Source of the DNA: an uncultured delta proteobacterium
Lineage (GTDB): Bacteria > Myxococcota_A > Polyangia > Palsa-1104
Direction: 5' to 3'
Length of the DNA stretch: 64,000 nucleotides
Assembly (NCBI GenBank): GCA_963785725.1
Contig: CAWAWS010000005.1
Span: forward strand, 1 to 64,000
Part shown: positions 1 through 9,275 of the stretch, one piece after another
Layout of the letters: each line of letters starts with the position of its first letter
How positions within the stretch are numbered: position 1 is the stretch's first letter
Made by a program: the position numbers and the translations under genes
Notes under the pieces: model-generated
The model's database searches: none
Seen by the model: only the letters and a program-made list of their open reading frames with translations
Told to the model about the DNA's origin: nothing

Positions 1-51
1 TGATCGGGACATGCGGCGTATCGGAGTACGAAGCAAAAGCGAGGGTCGCCA

Positions 52-270
52 CTAGGCACGCTCCTGGTCTTTGGCGGTCCACAGATCGCCGTCGCCTGCG
101 TCGGCGGTGGTCGGCGTCGTCAGCAGCTGATCGAGTCGCTCCAACGCATTCGAGCGAGAGGCGACGAATCTCAGTTCGCGTTTGACCATCTGTCGCAGGA
201 GCTGTGCGGTCTCCGGCGGAAGCTCGACCTCGCCGATCCTGATCGGCGCGAATGGACTCTTCGACGGCAT
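52..270 (-). CDS. Hypothetical protein
   Basis: 72 aa ORF with SD-like GGGGAG upstream; follows the upstream ORF stop by 3 nt; natural-looking composition. Confidence 0.5.
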   Translation of the reverse strand: MPSKSPFAPIRIGEVELPPETAQLLRQMVKRELRFVASRSNALERLDQLLTTPTTADAGDGDLWTAKDQERA

Positions 271-273
271 CGT

Positions 274-1503
274 TTACTCCCCCACCGGCTCGGTGATCCG
301 AGCACTGAGCTGAGCCTCGCGGCGCTCCACGCGCTTCCGCTGCGTCGACGAGCGGTGCTGCAGCTGAAGTTTTTCGAGCGCCGCGCGCTGGCGTTCGCGC
401 TTCGCTTCGGCCTGCTCCTGCGCCTCGCGGCGGCGCGCTTGGCGGCCGCGCTTCGATGCCGAGCAGTTCGAGACCCTTGTCGACTGCGGCCTTGAGCAGA
501 CTCGATCGATATCGGGGTGACTCCTGGTCTTCCGCCTTGGTCGCGTTCGCACGTGCCTCGGCCTCGTCGGGCGTTTCGAGGGCGCCCATCCGCGTGCCGT
601 CGAGCGGGTTGCGACGCGTCTGCAGCGCGGCCTCCTCGGCCGTGACCATGACTCGCTCGCCAGCTTTTGCGGCGCCATACGAGTTGCCTTTGGCCACGAT
701 CATTTCCACTTTGGGCTCGCGGTCGTCGTCTTCGTCGATGATCCGGGCGGCGGCCCGTCGCGGTGCATCGGGCAGCGCGCGAAGCGCCTCGGGGGGCAGG
801 ACCTTCGTCAGCGCGTAAGCGATGAGTGTTTCAGGTTACGTGCCGCCCGCAGGGCAGCGACGCCTTCGCCGAAACCAGCGCGTGCGGCTGTCTCGGCGTC
901 GGCGAGCAACGGGCCCACGACAGCGACGAACGCCTCGCACTGCTCGACGGCAGCAGCGGCGGCCTTGGCGTGTGCCAGCTTGAAGGCAGCCGTCCTGCGC
1001 CTGTCGACGGCGGAGGCGTACGACGCCTGGGCAGCGGCCAGTGGTTCTTTCGCCTTCATCTCTTCGACGCGTAGAACCGACACGCGACGGGCAGCTGCCT
1101 CGCTCGCGGCCTGCGCGGCGGCAACGTCGACCTCGACGACGAGAACGCCGCGAGCGAAGGCGGCTCGCTCGATTTCGATCGCGGCCTCACGGTCCTGCTG
1201 CGCCAACGATGCCGAGCGCTCGGCCATGCTGCGAACCTCGGCGGCAGCGCGGGCCTGCTCCTCGACGCCTTCGACATGAGCCCGCTCGCTCGCCTCGAAC
1301 GCCGTCGCTTGGGCGAGTGCGGCCTCCGTACGGGCGACCGCGGTCTGCGCCACGCCGATACCGTCGGGTAGTAAGCTCAGCTCGCGCTGCGTGGCTTGGA
1401 CCTTCTCGTAGGCGGCCCACTTATGCTCGAGCACATCGTTGAGCGTCTCGCCCGGTCGAAGAATCGACGGCGCGTTTCCCAAAGTGATCATCTGCTTCTC
1501 CAC
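274..1503 (-). CDS. Ala/Glu-rich coiled-coil protein, apparently split by frameshifts
   Basis: ORF 808-1503 is coiled-coil-like. Protein-like text continues in another frame (LTKVLPPEALRALPD...MIVAKGNSYGAAKAGERVMVTAEEA) and then in the C-terminus of ORF 274-678 (EAQEQAEAKRERQRAALEKL). Confidence 0.45.
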
Positions 1504-1804
1504 AGTCGTCTGCTACTGCTTGGTCTTCGATTGACGGCGCAAGCGCCGCTGCGTGCTGCTGCTTACTTCGTGCGGCTGAGCCGCGCGATCCGTCGGCTAG
1601 CTTTTTTACGCGCCAGTCGTCGGTCGAATCCGCGCCGTGCTCCGCTCTCTCACGACCACCGACGTTCGGCGTTCGCAGGCGCTTTTCGTAACGGGTCAGG
1701 CCTCGGTAGGAGGTGCCGGGAAATTCGCGCAGGTCTCCGGGCGCCTTTGTTACCGTGCGGACCCCGAGGCGCTTGTCGTCGTCGGATAATTTCGTCGACA
1801 TCGG

Positions 1805-2227
1805 TCAGGCCTCGAAGGGCAGCGGTCGGCCGAAGTGCGCGCCGGTTCCACGTCCAGTGCAGCACGAGACTGACGAGCGAAGGTCCGAGCCGCACTGGCA
1901 TGGGGGCTGGTTGTCGTCGTGTGATGCAGGCGCGGATGCGTCGTGCGAGTGGCTAAAGAGCTGCTCGCCGAGCGGCTGACTCTTCTGCGTCGACGGCGGC
2001 GGCTTCACTGCGCGAACGCCGAGCGCGTGCTGACGACTATTCATCGTGGTGCTCATGAGGCTACCGTGGCGACGGCCGCTGAGGCCCGGGCGCGGCACCG
2101 GGCGACTCGGGGTTGACGCCGGGATAAGTCGCCGGAAGCTGTGGAACGGGTCGACCGCTGGGCGCGCGGAGCCGTCGAAGAGGGCGGGGCTCGATCTGAC
2201 GATGGGGATTTGAGTTTCGGTCGGCAT
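1805..2227 (-). CDS. Hypothetical protein (may be frameshifted)
   Basis: Strong SD AGGAGA before the ATG at 2227. Confidence 0.35.
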   Translation of the reverse strand: MPTETQIPIVRSSPALFDGSARPAVDPFHSFRRLIPASTPSRPVPRPGLSGRRHGSLMSTTMNSRQHALGVRAVKPPPSTQKSQPLGEQLFSHSHDASAPASHDDNQPPCQCGSDLRSSVSCCTGRGTGAHFGRPLPFEA

Positions 2228-2712
2228 GGGCTATCTCCTGTTCCTGGTTGGCGTCGGCGTCGGCGCGCAGGTCGTCGGCTTCGGTGCGGGCTGCCGTTGC
2301 TAGCGCTCGGCAAGCCAGCGGCATGAGCGCGGCTGGTGGCGGACAATTCGGGCGTCGCGCTGATGATCTTGTCGCGGCGGGCCTCGGCGTTGCTGGCCTC
2401 CGCCTCCAGGCCGGCGGCGTATCGTTCGGCCTCGTCGGCAGCGGCCTGCGCTGCCGTTGTCTGATCGGTCTCGGCCATGGCGGTACGACTCGTCCGGCGA
2501 GTCGTCTCGTCGTCGGCGATGCGCGCATCGACCGCTTGCCGGCGGCCACTCGCGTCGGGGCCGATGTCGAAGACGAGACGGTCGCCGACGGAGATCAGCG
2601 CGAAGTGATCTCGCGGTAATTCGTTTGCGTGCAGGAAAAGCTCGTGGCTGCCGTCGTCGCATTCCAGGAAGCAAAATCCTCGGGGGCTCTTTTTCTTAAC
2701 GGTTCCGAGCAT
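2053..2712 (-). CDS. Cold-shock domain (OB-fold) protein; the domain occupies about 2500-2712, true 3' end uncertain
   Basis: MLGTVKK..RGFCFL (RNP1)..ELFLH (RNP2)..VGDRLVFDI..GRRQAVD; SD GAGGAG. Confidence 0.75.
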   Translation of the reverse strand: MLGTVKKKSPRGFCFLECDDGSHELFLHANELPRDHFALISVGDRLVFDIGPDASGRRQAVDARIADDETTRRTSRTAMAETDQTTAAQAAADEAERYAAGLEAEASNAEARRDKIISATPELSATSRAHAAGLPSASNGSPHRSRRPARRRRRQPGTGDSPCRPKLKSPSSDRAPPSSTAPRAQRSTRSTASGDLSRRQPRVARCRARASAAVATVAS

Positions 2713-3002
2713 GGTCTCTCCTCACTTTGCCGTCGGGTGACGGCGGTTGCTCCGACTCGACGGTCGAGTTGGTCCATTGCCGCAGCAACGCGCTGCAGGC
2801 GCGCGCGCATGGCGGGCGAGTTGTCGACGATCGGCGCCGACGCATTCGGCCACGGCACTGGCTCGGCGGGCGGGAGTCCAGCGACTCTTTCCAGGTCGGC
2901 GATTTCCAGATCGAGGCTGCGCTCGTTCAGACGGTGCCGCAGGCTGTGCACTTCCCAGAGCGCGTTGATGGTTGCGACCGCGTCGCCCTTTGCAGCGGCC
3001 AC
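2595..3002 (-). CDS. Hypothetical protein
   Basis: Helical, protein-like segment (LWEVHSLRHRLNERSLDLEIADLERVAG), co-oriented with neighbours. Confidence 0.35.
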   Translation of the reverse strand: MAAAKGDAVATINALWEVHSLRHRLNERSLDLEIADLERVAGLPPAEPVPWPNASAPIVDNSPAMRARLQRVAAAMDQLDRRVGATAVTRRQSEERPCSEPLRKRAPEDFASWNATTAATSFSCTQTNYREITSR

Positions 3003-3078
3003 ACGTTTGCGGAGCTGGCGCTCAACTGCGGTCGCGCAATCGCTGGACGCTGCGTAGCGGCGTCGTTGCGCTCATTCA

Positions 3079-3556
3079 TCACCGTCGGGCTCGTCGTCGC
3101 CGTCGGCCGCCGGCTCGGGCAAGTCCACCGTGGCGTTTTCTGGCAGTGCACGAGGGCCGCCCCAGCCCTGACCGCGGGCCGTGGGTGGCTTCTTGATCCT
3201 GCCAGCCGGCTGCTCGGTCACGAACGACGTCGCGCGCGATCGATCGGCGATCGACTTTTGATCCTTGACCTGATCCTCGATCAGCCCCGAGAGGGTGCGT
3301 CATGCCGATCGTTTTCGCGTGCTCAAGAATCAGACGCGCGCGGCGCGGGTCGATCTTGTCGCTGGCTGCGAGCCAGAGCCGCGGTCGCATCTGCCGCGCC
3401 CAAACGAGCAGCGAGAGCTCCGTCGTCTAAATCGGGCTCACCGATCGACTTAAACGCCCGCCGCGCTGCGCGCGACAGAGGCGGCAGTGGATCGCCGGCC
3501 AGCTTACGCTGCGCGGCGCCCGACAGCCTGATGCCGTCGGCATTGAAGGTGGGCAT
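3079..3556 (-). CDS. Hypothetical protein, probably frameshifted near 3360
   Basis: SD AAGGAG before the ATG at 3556; protein-like text passes from ORF 3323-3634 into ORF 3079-3390. Confidence 0.35.
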
Positions 3557-4276
3557 GTAGACTCCTTGGGACGTAGCGGCCGACAGTGCCCTTAGGACAA
3601 AGGGCCAGCGTGGGAGCGATTGCGCCAGGGGCACTAGGCCTGGAACGACGATAAAATAACGGAAACCTCATTAGTCCCGTATACCTCGTCAGACCGATCA
3701 CTCGGAGGCACTCATCCGGCGAACGGGCCGAGTCTTTTAGTCAATCGAAGGCAGCGCCGGCGCCCTTTAGGACCCGCTCCTGTAGAGGCGTCGAGTCCCC
3801 AAGGGCACGATAGACGTGGGCATACATCGGGGCTGCACGTCAGGCCACCGACGGGGGCCGTGGGGCGAGGCCGGCGGCCGGATGTGCATCGCGAGCCTCA
3901 TATACAGGGGCGGCCCACAGCATCTGGCCCGCGAGAAGCGACCTAAGCTGGCGCAGCTACATGGAGATCGTTGCACGAAGTTTTCGGTTGACATCATGGC
4001 TGCATCGTGAATGAGGCGACGCATGGACTGGGCGGGGTGGCCGTGATCGTGGCGGGTGCACGTGTGGCGCACCGTCCGGGCCGCTATCGCGCGTTCGTGC
4101 TCGGGCTCGTACTTGGGCGCCGACGGCTAGCTGGAGGGCGTGTCGGGGCTGTCGTGCGTGCGTAGTCGGCGAGCGCCGGAGAGCGGCTGGGGGCGTGGCG
4201 TATCGGGCGAGCTGCAATGGAACAAAGGGTCTGTAAAAGCTGGGTATACCCTCACCCCCCCAAACATCTACAAACG

Positions 4277-4467
4277 ATCCTTTGCATCCGTTGCAGTCGG
4301 GTCTAAGGAGCCGCGCCCACGCACGATTATGGTGCAACGGATGGTGCAACGGATCGCGCTGCTGCAAAGGATCGATCCGTTGCACCTCCGACGGCAGCGT
4401 GGGCTTCCTTACCAGACCGACCAGCCTGCAACGGGTCATCCGTTGCACCGGCCGTCGATCCGTTGCA
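4277..4467. repeat. Iteron cluster, putative replication origin of the element
   Basis: Nine copies of the 10-mer ATCCGTTGCA (at most 1 mismatch). Forward: 4277, 4286, 4375, 4438, 4458. Inverted: 4333, 4345, 4363, 4427. Lies immediately downstream of the helicase stop. Confidence 0.8.
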
Positions 4468-4474
4468 GCTGGGA

Positions 4475-5917
4475 TCAGCCCGCGGCGGCTTCCTTCGCAC
4501 GCACGCCGAGCGCCGCCCGGAGCGCGTCGTCGTCCCCGATCTGAAGTTGCTCGGCGGCGTGCCGGAGCATCTCGAACTTCACGGCACGGCAAGCGTGGCG
4601 CCGCCCGGCGGGCACCTTCTCGGTGATGAACTTCTTGTCGGCTGCGCTGACGCTGGCCAACACGTCGCCGATGAACTTGAGGGTCGGCGGGTTCGGCTGG
4701 GCGGTCATGACCCGCCGCCAGTGCTCCTGGATGAACGACGCGTTCACCAGCAGCTCGCCACCGCCGACCTGGATGCCCCGGCGCTCCTCGACGTCGACCT
4801 TCACGGCGATCGGCAACGAGCGCTCCAGCAGCACGCGTAGGAGGAACTCGACCACGAGCGAGCGCGCCTTGCCACTGGTAGTCGCCAGCTGCCGATGCAG
4901 CTCGGTGATCTCACCCTCGACGATGAAGCGCGCGCCCGGCTTCACGGCTCGGTTGTCGCGCAGCCACAGCGCGTGCGCCGCCACTCGATCACCGGCTTCG
5001 ACCCAGCCTTGGGTCGCGCTGCGCCCGCCGAGCGACCGTAGGTACACCGCGGCGGCGTCGTCGACCTTGACGTGGAGAAACCGCTCCGCGACCGCTTCTA
5101 GATCGGCCGGGCCCAATTCCTCGTCGAAGTTAAGCAGGCTCAAGTTGTTGGCCGCGAATATGAGCCGGATCGCGCCCAGCAGGTCGGCGTCGGGAAGGAA
5201 CTTCCGTTTCAACGTCCTGGACGACGAGCCGATCAGCTCTCGCAGGATGCCGGAGTTCATTTTGCGCTGCGATTCGGGCAGCGTCTCGTCGACGAAGATC
5301 AGCGGGTTGTTGATCAGCGTCGAGTTGAAGTTGCCGAGTACGCTATCGAGCCGACTCGGCGACTGGCCCCAAAGCCGCGCGAGGCCCGTGGCCAGCATCG
5401 TTTTGCCGCAGCCCTTCGGGCCTTCGAGGTACAGCGCGCACGTCTGGCGGCTGAGGTCGGAGTACGTCGCCACCCAGTCGAGCAGCTTGTCGGCTTGCTT
5501 GCCGCCGAGTAGGCGCAGCCACTGGTCGATCTGCTCGTCGTAGACAGGCGCGATGTCGCGCGGCGAACAGACCGCTTCGTAGAAGGTCTGCGTCGTCGGA
5601 TCGTAGATGCTGCGTCCGAGCGACATGTCAGCGATGATCTTTCGAGCGACCGTCGCGTAGTCGCCGAGGATCTCCGACAAGGTCTTTCGGCGCGTGCTGC
5701 CGTCAACCTGCCGCGCGAGGAAGTCGACGGGCGCGTCAACGAGATCGCGGGGCAGACTGACGGCGAGGTCGCCCACGGTGATCGGCGGCAGGTACCTGCC
5801 GTTCGAGAGCACGTAGTGAGCGCCCGCCGACATGATGATCCAGCGCTTCTGCAGCGTCACCAGGTCGCAGCCCTGCTGCTCGGCGTATTCGAGCAGCTCC
5901 TCTTTCGTGTAGCCCAT
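4475..5917 (-). CDS. Superfamily-3 primase-associated helicase (DUF5906/NrS-1-like)
   Basis: Walker A LYLEGPKGCGKT, GNFNSTL, Walker B LIFVDE, LIFAAN motif C, ERF arginine finger; start overlaps the primase stop. Confidence 0.85.
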   Translation of the reverse strand: MGYTKEELLEYAEQQGCDLVTLQKRWIIMSAGAHYVLSNGRYLPPITVGDLAVSLPRDLVDAPVDFLARQVDGSTRRKTLSEILGDYATVARKIIADMSLGRSIYDPTTQTFYEAVCSPRDIAPVYDEQIDQWLRLLGGKQADKLLDWVATYSDLSRQTCALYLEGPKGCGKTMLATGLARLWGQSPSRLDSVLGNFNSTLINNPLIFVDETLPESQRKMNSGILRELIGSSSRTLKRKFLPDADLLGAIRLIFAANNLSLLNFDEELGPADLEAVAERFLHVKVDDAAAVYLRSLGGRSATQGWVEAGDRVAAHALWLRDNRAVKPGARFIVEGEITELHRQLATTSGKARSLVVEFLLRVLLERSLPIAVKVDVEERRGIQVGGGELLVNASFIQEHWRRVMTAQPNPPTLKFIGDVLASVSAADKKFITEKVPAGRRHACRAVKFEMLRHAAEQLQIGDDDALRAALGVRAKEAAAG

Positions 5918-7137
5918 CAGCGGCCTGCCTTCATCATTCTGGATTCCGCTGACATTCGATCACGCAGCGCCTGGTCCAAGGCGGCCTGCTGCGCCCGATC
6001 GGTGGCCGCGGTGATCGCGGCCGATTCGTATAGGGCCTTCGTTTTGATCAGCGGGTCCTGCTCGCCGTCGAAGCGGGGCGTAGACTCGATCGGCGTTCGC
6101 ATCAACTCCAGCACGGCGGCCCAAGGCACTGCGCCCCGGTCGGTGCACAGCGCCCGAGCGATGATCGCCGTGACTGATCGCCGTGCTTCGTGTCGCCGAC
6201 CGTCTTCGTCCGCAAGAGACAGCCCGTCGAGTACACGGCCGAGTCTACGCGCCTTGAGCAACTCCTCGGGCTTGGCCGACAGCGACTTCGATCTCCGAAC
6301 CTTGTTCAGCTTCTCCCGCATGAAGGCCAGGTCGAACGGGCCCGACTGCCACAAGTCGCCGATCGGGAGCGCCGCCATCTCCACCAGCATCGCGGCCACG
6401 TTGCTGGCCGTCGTCGTGATCGGCTGGCCCGCCGCCAGGAGCATCGACTCCAGCTCGTCGATGGCGTAGCGTCGGAACGTAGACTCCGGGTCGAGCGCGA
6501 CCGCGCGCGGCCTGTCCGCGATCTTGCGGTTCGACGTACCCGGGATGCGCAGCACGCGCGCCGCGTCGGCGGTCGAGTCGATGGACCAGCCCCGAGCCTC
6601 GGCCTTCGCGCGCAGGAGCCGCTGCCACGCCCGGCACACCGCGCTCACGCGTTCGAGGTCGCGGCACCATCCGTCGAACAGCCAATACACGTGGAAACCT
6701 CCGCCGGTGTCGACGGCGATCGACGGTGGGGCCGGCATCTCGTCGAGCAACTCGGCCACCGAAGCCTCGTCGGGCGGACACTTCTTGCCGGCGTGGCCGA
6801 GCTGCCCGACATCGACGTCGGCCCAGACGCAGCCAGCACCGAGCAGCTCCCCGCGGCTTTGTGCGCCGCGCGCCAGCGGGCTGAGCCCGGGGCAGGTAGC
6901 GGCGACGCCGAAGTAGGTGTCCAGGCCGAGCGCGTCGAACTCCATCGCCTGGCGCACCGCCGCGTCGATGTCGCCAACGGGGATGTGAGCCGATCGCCAG
7001 CGGTTGCCGCCGTTCTCGTCGGCGGCCACGCATACGGTGATGCAGTGCGCCGGCGGTGCGCCCCGGAAAAGCTCGCCGAAGAATCGCTTGGCGTCCCCTT
7101 CAGGACTTCCAATCATTGAATCGGATGCTAGCTTCAT
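5917..7137 (-). CDS. Archaeo-eukaryotic primase, RepB-type DNA primase domain
   Basis: WADVD (DxD), PSIAVDTGGGFHVYW, DAARVLRIPGTSNRK. Confidence 0.85.
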   Translation of the reverse strand: MKLASDSMIGSPEGDAKRFFGELFRGAPPAHCITVCVAADENGGNRWRSAHIPVGDIDAAVRQAMEFDALGLDTYFGVAATCPGLSPLARGAQSRGELLGAGCVWADVDVGQLGHAGKKCPPDEASVAELLDEMPAPPSIAVDTGGGFHVYWLFDGWCRDLERVSAVCRAWQRLLRAKAEARGWSIDSTADAARVLRIPGTSNRKIADRPRAVALDPESTFRRYAIDELESMLLAAGQPITTTASNVAAMLVEMAALPIGDLWQSGPFDLAFMREKLNKVRRSKSLSAKPEELLKARRLGRVLDGLSLADEDGRRHEARRSVTAIIARALCTDRGAVPWAAVLELMRTPIESTPRFDGEQDPLIKTKALYESAAITAATDRAQQAALDQALRDRMSAESRMMKAGR

Positions 7138-7218
7138 AACGTACCTCGCCGGTATCTCGGACCGGCTTCATTGAGCGGCTCGCCGGATCCCCCCGGCGGG
7201 CCGTTCGCGTGTCTGGGG

Positions 7219-7597
7219 TCAGCAGCGACGGTGATCGGCGTCTGCGGTGCGTGCCGGCGCGAGGCCATCGGCGATGTCCGCCTCAGACGGCGCACCCAGT
7301 TGCAAAGCGCCCATACGTCCCAGCGCTTCGACGGCGCCGGCAACGAACGAGGATCTGATCGCGGCTCGCCGCCGAGCGCGCTCCGGGTCGACGAAGGCGT
7401 CCAGCGCCTCATCAAGCCCGACGACGCCGCTGTTCGACTGTGGGCTGTCGAGTATTTCGGACAAGGCCATGCTCGGCGACATAAGCGCCGCCGTGTGCAC
7501 CGCGTACTCCTGCCCGCGCTCGCGCCAAGTGCTGAGCTCGCTCTCGTCGAGTCCGTTCGGCGTCGGCGATTCGGAGGATCGTGTCGAGGTCGAACAT
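7219..7597 (-). CDS. Hypothetical protein (frameshifted near its start)
   Basis: GGAG plus ATG (MFDLDTILR), continuing in the frame of ORF 7219-8064 (LDESELSTWRERGQEYAVH...). Confidence 0.35.
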
Positions 7598-8212
7598 TTC
7601 ACCGGTCTCCTCCCTTTGCCAGCAGGCGCAGCCGGCCTTTCGTCTATGCCGTACTGCTCGATCAGCTTCTCCGCCCGCGCGGACTCTTGTTTCTTGCAGG
7701 TACGTGCCTCGCGCGCGACCGCATGCGTCGACACGCTGCACGGGGACGCCGACGACGTGTTCGACGATTGCCTTGGCGTCGCCGAGCTTAATTCGCCGCG
7801 TGGCACACTCGGGGCGAGGTGCAATAGCCTCGATCGTCGCGGCCGGAGCGTCGTCCTCGCCTTCAATCTCGTCGACGAGATCGCGGCCACGATCGAGCGC
7901 GCGCCATGCGTCGAACTGCTGCTCCTCGTCGGCGCCGGGATTCCGATCGCGCCATTCGCGGAACTGGACGGCCCACCACTGGTCCGTGTCTTCTTCCCGC
8001 GCTGGCGTCGGCGCAGACCGGCAGCGCACCTCGTCCGGCCGCCGCTTGCGGCTGCGCTGCGCATTCTCGGTAACGATCACCGGAGGGACCGACTCACGCT
8101 CCTCGTCAGTCAGACCGGCCAGCCAGGCTTTGACCGCCTCGCGCTGATCGTCGTCGAGCACAAGCTCATCCGCCAGCGCTACGTGAGCGCCGACCTTCTG
8201 CTTCTGCTTCAC
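7412..8212 (-). CDS. Hypothetical protein (3' end uncertain)
   Basis: Protein-like acidic N-terminal 170 aa directly after the HTH gene. Confidence 0.45.
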   Translation of the reverse strand: MKQKQKVGAHVALADELVLDDDQREAVKAWLAGLTDEERESVPPVIVTENAQRSRKRRPDEVRCRSAPTPAREEDTDQWWAVQFREWRDRNPGADEEQQFDAWRALDRGRDLVDEIEGEDDAPAATIEAIAPRPECATRRIKLGDAKAIVEHVVGVPVQRVDACGRARGTYLQETRVRAGGEADRAVRHRRKAGCACWQREETGEMFDLDTILRIADAERTRRERAQHLARARAGVRGAHGGAYVAEHGLVRNTRQPTVEQRRRRA

Positions 8213-8221
8213 GATCGGGGG

Positions 8222-8422
8222 CTAGCGCGAGGCGGGCGATGGTGCGACGGCGAGCGCGATCAGCTTGGCGGTGCCATTGAAGACGCCCAGTCCGGCGGCG
8301 CCGCGGAGCAGCGTCTGCTGATGGACGCCCGTTTTCTCTGCAACGGTGTCGATGCCGTGCTGGGCGATCGCGGCACGCAATGCAGCGGCGACGCGCGAGT
8401 CGAGAGCTTTACCAGATGCCAT
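8222..8422 (-). CDS. Small helix-turn-helix DNA-binding protein (Cro/AlpA-like position)
   Basis: 66 aa, GIDTVAEKTGVHQQTLLR HTH pattern, SD AAGGAG. Confidence 0.7.
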   Translation of the reverse strand: MASGKALDSRVAAALRAAIAQHGIDTVAEKTGVHQQTLLRGAAGLGVFNGTAKLIALAVAPSPASR

Positions 8423-8500
8423 TGGGGACTCCTTGCTTCAAGGCGGGTCGGGGGCGCGTGAGTGCACCACCGACGAGGTGTTGTGTTCCCTAGGAAGAAG

Positions 8501-9022
8501 TTAAGTACGAATTTGCGCTCGTTCCAGCCCTGCGCCGACAGGCCGATTTAATTTGCCCGGTGGCGGCAGCGACCTCACGAGCGCGATGCCCAGCGGACCG
8601 GGGACCTCGCGCCCGATGTCGGCGCGCTCGTCCGGCGTGCACGCCGCGATGGCCCCGCGGAGCCGCTCGGCCGAGAGCACGCGCCGGCGCGGCGGCTTCG
8701 GCGCCTTCGGTTCCGGAACCGCCCTGGTGCGTTCCGGAACGCCGCTGTCGGCCTTGGCGGCTAGTGCGCGGTACACGCGCGCGGTGCGCTCCTCCAGGCC
8801 GCACTGCCGCAAGAAGTCGCCCTTCTCGCCCTTGCGCAGCGACGGCCAGATCGCGTTGAGGCGGCGGCCGACTTCGAGCCGAGCAGCGCGCGCTGCCGCG
8901 CGTGCCTCACGCCGGTTGTCTAGCGACTCCTGCACCACCAGCCGCGCGTTCGCATAGCCCGTCACGACGCTGCTGGCCCACGCGTGCAGGCCGCGAATCT
9001 CTTCGGCGACAACGTCTTTCAT
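8501..9022 (-). CDS. DUF3102-like phage protein
   Basis: LEVGRRLNAIWPSLRKGEKGDFLRQCGLEERTARVYRALA resembles the DUF3102 pattern; AGGA before the ATG at 9022. Confidence 0.55.
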   Translation of the reverse strand: MKDVVAEEIRGLHAWASSVVTGYANARLVVQESLDNRREARAAARAARLEVGRRLNAIWPSLRKGEKGDFLRQCGLEERTARVYRALAAKADSGVPERTRAVPEPKAPKPPRRRVLSAERLRGAIAACTPDERADIGREVPGPLGIALVRSLPPPGKLNRPVGAGLERAQIRT

Positions 9023-9275
9023 GACCGCGATCCTGTCACGACGCCGCGAAAGTCCTGGTACTGGAGCGCGGCGCTCTGGATCGCGGTGAGAGGTATCCCT
9101 GTGACGACGGGGGCTTAGGTGGTGGAGAATTTCTCTGACGCGGTGCTCATGGCGGCTGGCTAGTTCCGACGCCGGTTCAGCAACGTGCCTGCGGCATTTC
9201 GTCGCACCGAACACAATACGTCAGCGTGCTACGATGCCCCGGCGCTGACGTCTCGGCGATGACTGGGGGACGCGG

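Noticed and set aside
4277..4467. Possible CRISPR array
   Set aside because: Repeats are only 10 bp, occur in both orientations with irregular spacing, and no cas genes are present
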